Virus record (IMG/VR): IMGVR_UViG_3300035507_000199
Span: 12,201 to 76,200 of that record
Length of the DNA stretch: 64,000 nucleotides
Reading direction: 5' to 3' (one strand)
From: a virus
Lineage: Duplodnaviria > Caudoviricetes
Shown here: positions 41,459 to 51,228 of the stretch, one piece after another
Layout of the letters: each line of letters starts with the position of its first letter
How positions within the stretch are numbered: the first letter of the stretch is position 1
Notes under the pieces: generated by a model
Databases searched by the model: none
The model's input: only the letters and a program-made list of their open reading frames with translations
Told to the model about the DNA's origin: nothing
Translations under genes and position numbers: made by a program

Positions 41459-42041
41459 TTCGTTCTCTCAATGAAGACCAGTTAGAACGATAAATTCCAT
41501 CGTCTCCAAGCTTTCTACGTTTATATAAACGTTGCATGTGAAATGATTCTCTTTGTGCTTCACTTAATAAACTCATAAGTTTAGATAAATGATTTGCTTG
41601 AGAAGTCATTTTAAAATCTGATCCCGTATATTTCATACGAGTATTTTCAATAGACGCTACTTGTCTTTCAACCCAACCCTGTTTCATAAGTAACGCAAGA
41701 ATATTAATTTCTTCTGAAGATAATGTAATTTTAAAAGAAGATCTATCGACTAAAGCATTTGGCGCTTCCATTTCGCCATCTTGTGGAAGTTCACCCCATA
41801 AAACAGCTAAAATAAAATCCCCTGGTTTAGCATCAGCTTCATTTATAATTTCTGTTTTTATCTCATAATTTGTCAAATCAACTCTAGGAAACTCGAAACC
41901 TGGAATTGCATCTATCAAGAGATTCTGTAAATCTCTAATAGTATCTTCTGGGGTCAACTCCATATACATATCATCAGTAATTTTACCAAGAAAGCGATTA
42001 TAGATAGTTGCAAATCTAGTTCCTTGATCTTTTACTTCCAT
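41445..42041 (-). CDS. Putative head-tail adaptor (198 aa)
   Basis: FATIYNRFLGKITD..LSSEEINILALLM..DFKMTSQANHL pattern; synteny. Confidence 0.55.
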   Translation of the reverse strand: MEVKDQGTRFATIYNRFLGKITDDMYMELTPEDTIRDLQNLLIDAIPGFEFPRVDLTNYEIKTEIINEADAKPGDFILAVLWGELPQDGEMEAPNALVDRSSFKITLSSEEINILALLMKQGWVERQVASIENTRMKYTGSDFKMTSQANHLSKLMSLLSEAQRESFHMQRLYKRRKLGDDGIYRSNWSSLRERSALK

Positions 42042-42062
42042 AATTCTTTCTCCTAACTTTAA

Positions 42063-42650
42063 TTACTGTTCAGTCGCTACTGATTTTGTCTGAGTTACTT
42101 TATACTCAGGAAGAGTTGTTCTGCGACCTTCTTCTTTCTGCTCTTCTTCAACTTTTACACGTCTTGTAGGCTGTTCGTTATTAGATACAATCTGATCTTC
42201 AAGTTCTTCCTCAACGTGTGTAAGAGCTGCATTTACATCAAAACCAGTTTTTTCTTTAAGAGCTCGTCTCTTCTGAATATCATTCAATGGTAAGCTAACT
42301 GAAAGCTGTTTAATTAAGTCAATTACTCCAGTAGGCGCAAAATCTAAAGCATCAAGGAAAGAGTCTAATGAACCTTCCAAAAGAAGCTTAACAACATCTT
42401 CTTCTGACATATTATATTCTGGTTCTGTTGAAATATTTAAATCTTTTGTTGCTTCAGCGCTCTGGATCTGGAGATAATTAGCCATCATCTCTCGACCGCC
42501 CTGCTGGAATGAAAGTTTTTCTAATTCATCATATGTGATTACTTTCGTCTCACCTGGCGCGAACTCTCTACGAATATTATATTCCGGAAGTCTATAAACA
42601 ACCATTCCGGCACTTCTATTTTTAACATTAAATTTTGTATCTTTTTCCAT
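42063..42650 (-). CDS. Hypothetical head-associated protein (195 aa)
   Basis: Follows capsid terminator; AAGGAG RBS. Confidence 0.55.
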   Translation of the reverse strand: MEKDTKFNVKNRSAGMVVYRLPEYNIRREFAPGETKVITYDELEKLSFQQGGREMMANYLQIQSAEATKDLNISTEPEYNMSEEDVVKLLLEGSLDSFLDALDFAPTGVIDLIKQLSVSLPLNDIQKRRALKEKTGFDVNAALTHVEEELEDQIVSNNEQPTRRVKVEEEQKEEGRRTTLPEYKVTQTKSVATEQ

Positions 42651-42679
42651 AGTTTTCTAAAGTCTCCTTTTTCACAAAT

Positions 42680-42715
42680 AAAAATAAGGGGAGAGGGAAA
42701 GCTCTCCCTCTCCCC
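42680..42715 (-). terminator. Intrinsic terminator after major capsid gene
   Basis: Stem GGGGAGAGGGA/TCCCTCTCCCC plus U-rich tail. Confidence 0.75.
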
Positions 42716-42748
42716 CAGTCTGTTTATATTTAAAAATCTGAGTTATGA

Positions 42749-43843
42749 TTAGGAATTAACCGTTCCGGTATAATCCTTAATATTTTTGTTAGATAAACTC
42801 CAAGTCTTTAACTGACCTACAAGAGAAGTATCAACATAAGCGCAGATGTTATTAGCTAACATACAAACTACTCCAACTTTCTTGTAAACCTGAATTTCAC
42901 GAGAACGATCTCCAGGATTATTGAATTCATCTACGATAGTATTTCCTTCAAAAGCGATCTTAACTGGCTTTCCATCAGCGCCTGTAGGAATAACCCAAGC
43001 ATAACCAGGATCGATTACTTTTGTACTGTTGGTTTCATCTTCGAATCCCTGCTCAAGGATAACTACTTTATGTCCTTTATATGTTGCAAGACGACCAGTA
43101 TTCCAAAGCTCAGTCTTCATTGCTTCAGTATATCTCCAAGCTTCCTGTGGAATCATCTTAACAGCAAATTCATAAGTACAATAAATAGTAGGTGTGCCAT
43201 AAGCAGAAGCGATAGTTAAAAGAAGATCCATAGCATCTTCATCAAAACCATTAGCAATAACTCTATTTGCAGGTGGTAACTGGTTGATTGAAGCCTTCAA
43301 AGCAGCCGCAACTTCTTTGTAGATCAATTCATCCATACCTTCCATAATAATACGAGTAACTTCTGCGAAGTCTACACGACCATCAAGGAACTCCTCAAAT
43401 CCGATCTGAGCAGCGCCACCAATAGCACTTGTACGAACTTCAAAAGCCTCTTCGTTCTTACCAAGTTTGAATACTTCATAAATACCTGCAAGTCCAACTC
43501 TGGTAATGAACTGTTTAGCTCTATTATTAGATGTAAGTTTACGACGGAACAGAATCTTATCGCCTTGTGCGAATGTACGAACCTCAGCAAACTGATCATA
43601 TTGTTCTACTACTTTCTTTGGTAGAACTTCATCAAGAGTTTCCTCAATAATTGAGAAAATTAAATTTTTATTCTCACGATATAGTGAGTATGTTCCTGCC
43701 AATTCATTCAGCTCTCTACGAAGTGTTTCATTTAATGCCTCATAGCTTAGATTCTCATTTCCAAAACTATAAGCCACCGGAGCGGAAGGATCAGCTTTTG
43801 CAACTTGCTTCATTAAAGCAACTAAATTAGCTCTATCTAGCAT
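42749..43843 (-). CDS. Major capsid protein (HK97-type, inferred)
   Basis: 364 aa; position after protease/scaffold and head gene; IFSIIEETLDEVLP..FAEVR..FLDGRVDFAE; strong terminator follows. Confidence 0.8.
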   Translation of the reverse strand: MLDRANLVALMKQVAKADPSAPVAYSFGNENLSYEALNETLRRELNELAGTYSLYRENKNLIFSIIEETLDEVLPKKVVEQYDQFAEVRTFAQGDKILFRRKLTSNNRAKQFITRVGLAGIYEVFKLGKNEEAFEVRTSAIGGAAQIGFEEFLDGRVDFAEVTRIIMEGMDELIYKEVAAALKASINQLPPANRVIANGFDEDAMDLLLTIASAYGTPTIYCTYEFAVKMIPQEAWRYTEAMKTELWNTGRLATYKGHKVVILEQGFEDETNSTKVIDPGYAWVIPTGADGKPVKIAFEGNTIVDEFNNPGDRSREIQVYKKVGVVCMLANNICAYVDTSLVGQLKTWSLSNKNIKDYTGTVNS

Positions 43844-43861
43844 TATATTCTTCCCTCCTTA

Positions 43862-44644
43862 TTAGACAATACGCATAATCTTTACGCCTGGCTGGTGATC
43901 TGGCATTGTATAAACTTTAACTACCTGCCATACCATTGCTTCACCATCAATACTCTCTTTCTTCTCAAGAATTCCTTTTTCACCAGGAACAAGAGTATCA
44001 CCAAGTTCAACAGATTCTTCGTTAATCATATTTGTAGTAAAAATGTCGCCCACATTGGTCTTGAATACACGAGGAACCATTGTGGTACCTTCTGGCATTC
44101 TAGCCTCTTTGTACGGCCCAAGAATGTGGAATGGATCCTCATTGTAATGAATCTCGTACATATCTGGAGCAGCGGTAACATCATCATAAGAGTATTCATT
44201 TTCGCCAACTTTGATACTTGAGCTACCTTCAGCATCTACTCCATTGTAATATCTAGACTGTCTACTCCAATCGTCATCAACAGTATGGTTACCATCCTTG
44301 TCAACTCCATAACCGAATGGACTATAAATACGAGCCTGATAATTGTCTTTTAGCATTGCAAATTCGCAATCATCTTGATGCTCACGATACAATTTAATTT
44401 CATTGTAAACAAGCATCCACTCGCCTTTTCCTTCAAAATTAACAAGACCGCTTGCATAATCATATTTTACAAACTGACCTTGCTCTAGTACATCAATATC
44501 AGCAGCCGCAGGCAACTGAGCATAAACCTGTGCGGTTCTCTGCGCAGACAGATGGTTAGGTTCAACCTGGCCATATCCGTATCCATTTGTTTGGATAAAC
44601 TTTGCCTGACTAGTGATATGTTTCTTTAAGAAATCACTAAGCAT
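43862..44644 (-). CDS. Putative capsid decoration / head structural protein (260 aa)
   Basis: GYGQVEPNHLSA..AQLPA and VGDIFTTN..YTMPDHQPGVK motifs; between scaffold and capsid. Confidence 0.55.
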   Translation of the reverse strand: MLSDFLKKHITSQAKFIQTNGYGYGQVEPNHLSAQRTAQVYAQLPAAADIDVLEQGQFVKYDYASGLVNFEGKGEWMLVYNEIKLYREHQDDCEFAMLKDNYQARIYSPFGYGVDKDGNHTVDDDWSRQSRYYNGVDAEGSSSIKVGENEYSYDDVTAAPDMYEIHYNEDPFHILGPYKEARMPEGTTMVPRVFKTNVGDIFTTNMINEESVELGDTLVPGEKGILEKKESIDGEAMVWQVVKVYTMPDHQPGVKIMRIV

Positions 44645-44667
44645 TATATATCCTCCTTAAAAGTTTT

Positions 44668-46236
44668 TTAATTCATAGTTTTCGCAACATCCATAGCAGC
44701 TTTAATCCAAGCTGGGGTATTTGTATCAGTGAACTGATCATTCAAATTATAAGTGGTAGGATCTTTATGATCATTATCATCATCAAGGTTAAAGCTTACC
44801 TTGTTACGAACACATAAGATAGAAAGTTTTGCTTCAATATCATCCAAAGAATATTTATCGATGTTAGCAACAACATCAGCTTTATCTTCATCAGATAACA
44901 TATAAAAGCTCTTAATCATTTCCTCTTTTTTCTCTTTTTCAACTTGATTTCTGAAATTGATAAGAGGTTGTAACTGAGCTTCTAAAGCAGCTTTTTCCTG
45001 GGTTAAAGTATTAACTGTAGTCTGCAATGCAGAGAATTTGGTTTGAAGCTCAAGATATTCTGGAATTTCTTCTAATGAATATTTTGCCTTTTTGCCATCT
45101 TCACCAGTTTTCTTTTTCTTTTTTTCATCTTCATCAGGATCTTCTTTTGGATCCTCTTCAGAATCATCAGAAGTGTCATCTTTTTCCCCTTCTGTTGTAT
45201 CATCAGTTTTATCGGAATCAGATTTTCCTTCTTTGTCCTCTTCTTCTTTCTTTTTCTTATACTCTGTTTCAAAAGCTTCAACATCTGCTAATGCAAACTG
45301 CGCTTCTTCTGAAGGAGTAAAAGAATCTGTAATATCAGCGACAGCTTCTGCTGGAACAAATTCCTCTTTATCATTAAATGAAAAATCTAAACGAGAATAT
45401 TTTTCTCCATTTTTAAGAACAGCAAATTTTTGATTATTGTCTTCATAAACTCCAACAATAGTACTGCCATTCATTTTTTCATCTACATGACTATAAAGAG
45501 CATTCCACAGAGAATCACCAACTGTAACTGCATATGTAGTAAACACTTGCGTTGTTCCTCCTTTTTCCTGTAATAATTCTTTCAATTCACTTATCATTGA
45601 GAATAACTGCTCTTTAAAGTCATCTGCAAAAGAGAATTGAATTTGATCATTGGTAACACTGGAACCCTCAAAGCAAGGTTCATAGTCCTCACCTAAAATG
45701 CAAAGTTTAGAAATAATTGCTTCATTAATAATAAAAAATTGAGGTTTTCCATTACTATCGTTTGTCCAATTTGCATCTAAATGATTTTTATCAAGTTCCA
45801 TTGATTCATTATTTCCTTTATCAACAGCTCTTTGACACTCTGGATACTGACCTGTCCACAAATATCCTTCAGTTACAAGATATTCTCTTTCAATAGTATC
45901 ATCATCCAAATATTTTTGAAACCATACCTTTGCATTTAAATCAACAAAACCATAAGGTCTTGTAGCATCCTTAATTTCAAGTTTACCATTTTTAATATCT
46001 AAAGTTCGATTATGTTCTTCAAAATCGCCAGTATCCTCATTAAAGAATCCTACAATCGGACTACCAGGAAGACTGTTAGCCATCTGTCGCGCAACATCTT
46101 TAGTAATAACACTTCTATTGCGATTAGGCTCATCTCCAACATAACAAACTTTAATCTGGCATTTAGAAATTAGAGGATTAACAGGGACTACGTTAATAAA
46201 CTCACACGGAGTCTCTAAACGCACACTTTTATGCAT
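44668..46236 (-). CDS. Prohead protease / scaffold fusion (522 aa)
   Basis: N-terminal NRNRS..PIVG..GYLWTGQY..SMEL..LCILGEDYEPCFEG protease-like domain, charged linker, C-terminal coiled coil. Confidence 0.7.
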   Translation of the reverse strand: MHKSVRLETPCEFINVVPVNPLISKCQIKVCYVGDEPNRNRSVITKDVARQMANSLPGSPIVGFFNEDTGDFEEHNRTLDIKNGKLEIKDATRPYGFVDLNAKVWFQKYLDDDTIEREYLVTEGYLWTGQYPECQRAVDKGNNESMELDKNHLDANWTNDSNGKPQFFIINEAIISKLCILGEDYEPCFEGSSVTNDQIQFSFADDFKEQLFSMISELKELLQEKGGTTQVFTTYAVTVGDSLWNALYSHVDEKMNGSTIVGVYEDNNQKFAVLKNGEKYSRLDFSFNDKEEFVPAEAVADITDSFTPSEEAQFALADVEAFETEYKKKKEEEDKEGKSDSDKTDDTTEGEKDDTSDDSEEDPKEDPDEDEKKKKKTGEDGKKAKYSLEEIPEYLELQTKFSALQTTVNTLTQEKAALEAQLQPLINFRNQVEKEKKEEMIKSFYMLSDEDKADVVANIDKYSLDDIEAKLSILCVRNKVSFNLDDDNDHKDPTTYNLNDQFTDTNTPAWIKAAMDVAKTMN

Positions 46237-46249
46237 TATATTAATCCTC

Positions 46250-47869
46250 CTAACTCATAGATTCTTTATTAGCAATAGTCTTTTCACTCTTCTCATCATC
46301 CGATTTTTCTGGACGTCCTGCAGTACCATCACTATTGGAACTGCTTTGAGAAGATTTTCCCTCTGAATTACTTTGATTATTTGAAGATTTTGATTCATCA
46401 TTTTTACCCAAAATATCTTCACCATTTAAAGTTGAACTCATTAATGGAGGAATCATAATTTCACTCAAATGAAGAATCTCATTCTCAAAGTAAGCAGTAT
46501 GAATAATAGAACTCTGCGAATGACCCATTGCGATTTGAGGTAACATTTTAGAGTAACCATTCTGGACTTGCTCTTTATACATTTTTGCACGATCAGTATA
46601 ATTATACTGAGTCGTATCTAACATATAAAATCTAAATTTGTATTTTCTTTTATTATTACATTTTGACTGAACTACTCTGTCATAAAATATATGGAATTGT
46701 AAAAGTAAATCTCTTATATTTGACTCATCGTTTAAAATTGATTTCTCAAGAGATAAATTTCCATCTGTATTAAATAAATTTTGAGAAGTACCAAAAGCAT
46801 TATAAACTGCACGTTCCATCTTCTCTAAATCATCTGTTGTAGTAGTTGTATTACTATCAGCCATATCTTCTACAGTAATATCTGCAAATGTTGTTAAAAC
46901 ATCTACTCCAATAGCATGTTGTAACATATCAACCGCATTATTATGAATATCTCTTGCTTCATCAACGTCAAATACTAAATCACCATTTTTATCTAGTGGT
47001 AATTTTTGAATAACGACTTTTAATAATTGCTGCATCTGTTTTCTACGATCTAACTCTTGTGCGGCATCCAAATCTAAAATCTCTGGAATCGCATTAACAA
47101 ATAGCGGAATATCACTATTATGAAAATTAAATTTAACCGTAGATTGCGGATCTAGTAAAAACCATGTTCCAAAAGGATCACCCATGTTATCAATCGGAAG
47201 TTTGCCCTGTTTATATTTCAAATATCCCTCTTGGAATTCTTTTGGGAACATCTTTAAGACTTTTAAACGATAATTTATGTCTCTGAAATTATCATCAAAA
47301 AATCTCATGTTAAATTCTACTGCGGGAAAATCTCCAACAAAATATCTTGATCGACAATAATTTATAGGTAATTGTTGTAAAATAATTCCATCCTCAGAAG
47401 GAACCATATAACCATAATAGGCCCCATTTTTAATAACCTCTAAAGCAATATCACCACATTGCTTTTTAATATGAGTATTATCTAAAAAACTCAAAAGATT
47501 ATTAAATTCTTTTAAAACCTTTTCTTCTTTTACTGTATCATCAAGAATTTCTGGAACAATATACCAATCATATCTATAAAGAAAAGCGGTATAATTACAC
47601 ATTCTGGAGTAAATACCATTAGTAGAATAAAAGTAATTTGAAATTTCTCTTAATAAAGGTAGATTTCGTTCACCTAAAGCTCTAAGAACAACTTGCTTAT
47701 TTCCATAAGTTCTATGTGCTTTTCGTATAGATCCTAGATTTAAAATAGCATCATCAAGAGTTTTTGTTCCAACTTTAATTTTACCATAATCTAATGGATC
47801 AATATGATCGCGATAAGTGTCATTCATATTAAAACCTTTAGCATGAATTTCTTCCTGTCTATTTTCCAA
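46250..47869 (-). CDS. Portal protein (539 aa)
   Basis: Size and position after TerL; C-terminal PPLMSST..AGRP tail typical of SPbeta-like portals; TTG start with AAAGGAGG. Confidence 0.8.
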   Translation of the reverse strand: MENRQEEIHAKGFNMNDTYRDHIDPLDYGKIKVGTKTLDDAILNLGSIRKAHRTYGNKQVVLRALGERNLPLLREISNYFYSTNGIYSRMCNYTAFLYRYDWYIVPEILDDTVKEEKVLKEFNNLLSFLDNTHIKKQCGDIALEVIKNGAYYGYMVPSEDGIILQQLPINYCRSRYFVGDFPAVEFNMRFFDDNFRDINYRLKVLKMFPKEFQEGYLKYKQGKLPIDNMGDPFGTWFLLDPQSTVKFNFHNSDIPLFVNAIPEILDLDAAQELDRRKQMQQLLKVVIQKLPLDKNGDLVFDVDEARDIHNNAVDMLQHAIGVDVLTTFADITVEDMADSNTTTTTDDLEKMERAVYNAFGTSQNLFNTDGNLSLEKSILNDESNIRDLLLQFHIFYDRVVQSKCNNKRKYKFRFYMLDTTQYNYTDRAKMYKEQVQNGYSKMLPQIAMGHSQSSIIHTAYFENEILHLSEIMIPPLMSSTLNGEDILGKNDESKSSNNQSNSEGKSSQSSSNSDGTAGRPEKSDDEKSEKTIANKESMS

Positions 47870-47883
47870 AATTCCACCTCCTT

Positions 47884-48240
47884 TTAATATCCAGCCTTCT
47901 TCATAATGTAATCGTATGAAATGAGGTTCTCTTCAGTGTATGGAATTTCAATTAATTTAAAATCATGTAACGCACAAAATCTTCGTTTCTTATTATCATT
48001 AAATTGCTGTTGGTAGAAACCTCTTTTACCACCAAATTTTTGACTAGGCTCATAATGTTGTTTACCTTGAAATTCGATAATAAAATCAATATTTCCATCA
48101 TCATCAAAGACTACAAAATCGAAACGAAGGGGCCGCCCATTTGGGCTCCGCAAATCTGGAAAAATATATTCCATCTTAAATGGCAATCCAGATTCTGTCA
48201 AAATTTCTTCGATTTTAATTTCACCTCTCGACGCGCGCAT
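47884..48240 (-). CDS. Small PD-(D/E)XK (Vsr/DUF559-like) endonuclease
   Basis: SRGEIKIEEIL..LRFDF..IEFQGKQHY..KKRRFC..LIEIPY. Confidence 0.75.
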   Translation of the reverse strand: MRASRGEIKIEEILTESGLPFKMEYIFPDLRSPNGRPLRFDFVVFDDDGNIDFIIEFQGKQHYEPSQKFGGKRGFYQQQFNDNKKRRFCALHDFKLIEIPYTEENLISYDYIMKKAGY

Positions 48241-48259
48241 ACAACCCCTCCTCTCATGC

Positions 48260-49993
48260 TTAATTTAAGAATCTCCATTCCTTAGCATTAAACTTTTTCT
48301 TCTTTTTCTTATTATCTTCTTCTTGTTTTATATAATATAATCCATACTCAAAGGCAGAAAATTTATCTTTTCTGATACCTCTATTTGCTTGTTTTAAGAT
48401 AATATTAACACCTTCATTCTCCTCACGAAGGTTCATCATCTCTTCCTTTAATATGGAAGTTAAAGTAAATGGTTTTAAATATTCTGCCCTTTCTTCTGGT
48501 TTCATATTCTGACCTACTTTAGTTCCCAATAATTTTGTCTTAGCAACACGCTCATCAATTAAGAATTTAACCTTTCCAGAAGAAAGCTGAGTTTGCGCAT
48601 TTGCATGTGCCTCAGTATTAATCGGAGCGTTAGCCTTTATAACATAAATTGCATCTTGTTCACAATCTACAGTTCTATATTTTTTATAAAAACCTTCATC
48701 ATCATTATAAACGCCAAAGTCTGGATAGAATTCATTAGTTTCTGAATCAGTTTGTGGCTTAACCATATAATCCAGAAGTCCAATACCCATACCATTACCA
48801 TCTATAACAAGACGCCTTGCTTTATATTTATAAAATAATTTTTTAACTTTTATAGCCTGATCTTCAAAATGCTCATCAGACATTGTATAAATATTAACTA
48901 ATTGTTTTGTTGAAACTCCTTGTGGTTGCGGTGTTACTTTAAAAATACATGCAACAGAATCACAGCCCTTACGACCAACGTCAAGCGAAATAATATAAAA
49001 ACTTGATTTACCAATTCGACCAGATGCTTCTTTTTCTGGCTGTTTAAGGATTCTATTTCTATCAAATGTTTCAGCATTAAAGAAAGCATCTTCTACAGTT
49101 CCTGACCAAATACTTTCATATTCTCGATCAAATGAAGACTCATTGAAAGTTCCATCCATTTTCAGATCTCGAATAAAATTCTTATCAAGAAGTTTTACTA
49201 AAACTGGAATACGATAAGTTCCGCCTAAAACCATAGATTTTTCTGGTTTAACAATTTGCCATACCAGAAGCTGAATTAATTTATCATAAGGAAATGTATT
49301 TTTCCATCCCGCAGTCGTAATATAAATCTGAGATTTATTTAATTGTTCTTCTGGATGCGTAGAACCATCCATACACATACGAGAAATATTCATGGTAGGA
49401 ATAATAACTTCAGAAAGAATCTTTCCATCTACACCTACGCACTCCTCGATTAGACCGCCATGTCGACGCTTACCACGAGAACTTTCTCTAGCCGCAATAT
49501 TATCAAAATAAGATCCATTATTAAATACATACTTACAATAATCTTTACCTTCAAGGGTTACACCACGGCCCCAATTAATTTCTCGCTTAAAGGCCGGTAT
49601 TAAAGTGCAAATTTCTTGAACTTTTTCTTTTACGATACCCGCAGCCTGCTCTTTACCACCAGAAGTAACGAATAACTTACATTTTGGATAAAGAATACAT
49701 CTACACATTAAAACCATGATAGACAAAAATGATTTACTATAAGCTCGAGGAAATACTGCATAAACATACTGATGCCGCATCGCCGCGCGCAAAAATACTC
49801 TCTGATAAAAGAAGAAATGGAAATCCTGTGGATTTCCGCCTTTCTCTAATAAAAAATCAATAAATAAGTCTGGATACTCTCTCCAAAAGGAGATATATTC
49901 TCTAGCTACTGGGACAATGGCTCGCACACGTTCTTCGGAAAGACCAATCTTTTTTTGATTACCTGATAGGTCTATTAAATCCTGTAATGCCAT
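48260..49993 (-). CDS. terL: Terminase large subunit
   Basis: Walker A-like PRAYSKS, RGKRRHGGLIEE Walker B, ITTAG motif III, RNase H-like SLDVGR..DS and DKFSA. Confidence 0.9.
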   Translation of the reverse strand: MALQDLIDLSGNQKKIGLSEERVRAIVPVAREYISFWREYPDLFIDFLLEKGGNPQDFHFFFYQRVFLRAAMRHQYVYAVFPRAYSKSFLSIMVLMCRCILYPKCKLFVTSGGKEQAAGIVKEKVQEICTLIPAFKREINWGRGVTLEGKDYCKYVFNNGSYFDNIAARESSRGKRRHGGLIEECVGVDGKILSEVIIPTMNISRMCMDGSTHPEEQLNKSQIYITTAGWKNTFPYDKLIQLLVWQIVKPEKSMVLGGTYRIPVLVKLLDKNFIRDLKMDGTFNESSFDREYESIWSGTVEDAFFNAETFDRNRILKQPEKEASGRIGKSSFYIISLDVGRKGCDSVACIFKVTPQPQGVSTKQLVNIYTMSDEHFEDQAIKVKKLFYKYKARRLVIDGNGMGIGLLDYMVKPQTDSETNEFYPDFGVYNDDEGFYKKYRTVDCEQDAIYVIKANAPINTEAHANAQTQLSSGKVKFLIDERVAKTKLLGTKVGQNMKPEERAEYLKPFTLTSILKEEMMNLREENEGVNIILKQANRGIRKDKFSAFEYGLYYIKQEEDNKKKKKKFNAKEWRFLN

Positions 49994-51186
49994 TATACGT
50001 CTCCACCTTTCAGAAATTCATTGATAGTTTCATCACTAATCTCTTCATCTTCAAGGAATTGATTATAATCTTCAAAATCTTGATCTTTTAATTCATCAAT
50101 TTCATCATAGCTTAATTCATCTTCAATATCTTCATCCTCTTCCTTAGATTCCTCTTTTGCCATTTCTTTAACGGCAGATTCAATTAAGTTACCAAGATTC
50201 ATTTCTTCTACGATAAGAGAATGAGTATAATTCTTTAAATCTGCTAAAGTTTCATCAACTCTATCTTTTGGTCCATCTACATAATATCTAGGGATAAATC
50301 CTTCTTTTTCACAAACCTCAACTAGTTCAGAAATGCAATTTACAAATTCACCATTTTCAGCTTTATTCTGAGCCGCAGTAAATTTACCAGACTTCATTAG
50401 CGAATCATACATTTTAACCATCTTTTGGGCGCCATCCACATCACCGATATCCAAAAGCTGATTAGCTTTAATAGAAGTCTTACATACAAGCTTCAGAATA
50501 TCCTCATGTCCAGCTCCCTGGACATCGTATGATTCAGTCATACGAGTGTAAAGCTGTTCCAGCTTTACCCACTCTTCTGGTTTATAAGTTTTTCCCCATT
50601 TTAATCTTAAATAAGTTCTATCTTCATCGGTTAAGTCTAAAGAATCATCTCCATTAGACCGATCAAAATAATCCTCATCTTCATTTGCAGTATAATATTG
50701 CGGCACTGCGGGTTCTTCATATACAGGTTCAGCATATCCGCCTTCTGGAACTGAAAGCTGTTTTTCTGAAATAACTTGCGCGATTTCAGCCGCATCATAC
50801 CCTTGTCGTTTCATAGCTTCTTCAATTTTATGATTAGCTAATTCTTGTAAAAACTCAGTATGCTCCCAACGATAATCTTTAAATTGTTTTAATTTCATTT
50901 TAGATAAATATCTACCTAAAATTGTCATACCAGTAACTTTACTGGGGTCGCGCGCATACGAAGCTAACAATTTATCCCATTCATCTGGAATATAAGGAAC
51001 ATCGCATTCTTGTAAAATCCACAAAAATGATTCTGGGTTCCAGTTATCCACATGCATGGTAATACATTTTTTACATTGATTTAATTTTCCATTTGGATAT
51101 TTTATTAAATTGTTCGAGCCATAGAATTCATCAGCCCGCATAGTTTTCTTACATTTATCACAATAGAAAACTGAATTTTCTGCCAT
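49993..51186 (-). CDS. Putative terminase small subunit with N-terminal Zn finger (397 aa)
   Basis: CDKC..CKKC; 1-nt overlap with terL start; acidic C-terminus; synteny. Confidence 0.5.
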   Translation of the reverse strand: MAENSVFYCDKCKKTMRADEFYGSNNLIKYPNGKLNQCKKCITMHVDNWNPESFLWILQECDVPYIPDEWDKLLASYARDPSKVTGMTILGRYLSKMKLKQFKDYRWEHTEFLQELANHKIEEAMKRQGYDAAEIAQVISEKQLSVPEGGYAEPVYEEPAVPQYYTANEDEDYFDRSNGDDSLDLTDEDRTYLRLKWGKTYKPEEWVKLEQLYTRMTESYDVQGAGHEDILKLVCKTSIKANQLLDIGDVDGAQKMVKMYDSLMKSGKFTAAQNKAENGEFVNCISELVEVCEKEGFIPRYYVDGPKDRVDETLADLKNYTHSLIVEEMNLGNLIESAVKEMAKEESKEEDEDIEDELSYDEIDELKDQDFEDYNQFLEDEEISDETINEFLKGGDV

Positions 51187-51228
51187 ACTAATTCCTCCTT
51201 TTAAAATTATGAAAATACCAGGAGCAAA

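Noticed and set aside
37723-42650. Tail sheath, and tRNA, integrase or lysis genes in the window
   Set aside because: No sheath-like protein here, and no cloverleaf, recombinase or endolysin motifs were recognised anywhere by eye
257-48285. Many short plus-strand and off-frame ORFs in the track overlapping structural genes
   Set aside because: They are shadows of long minus-strand genes, with no RBS or promoter and unnatural composition
47884-49993. Intron or intein in terL associated with the nuclease
   Set aside because: TerL is continuous with all motifs at normal length, and the nuclease lies outside it
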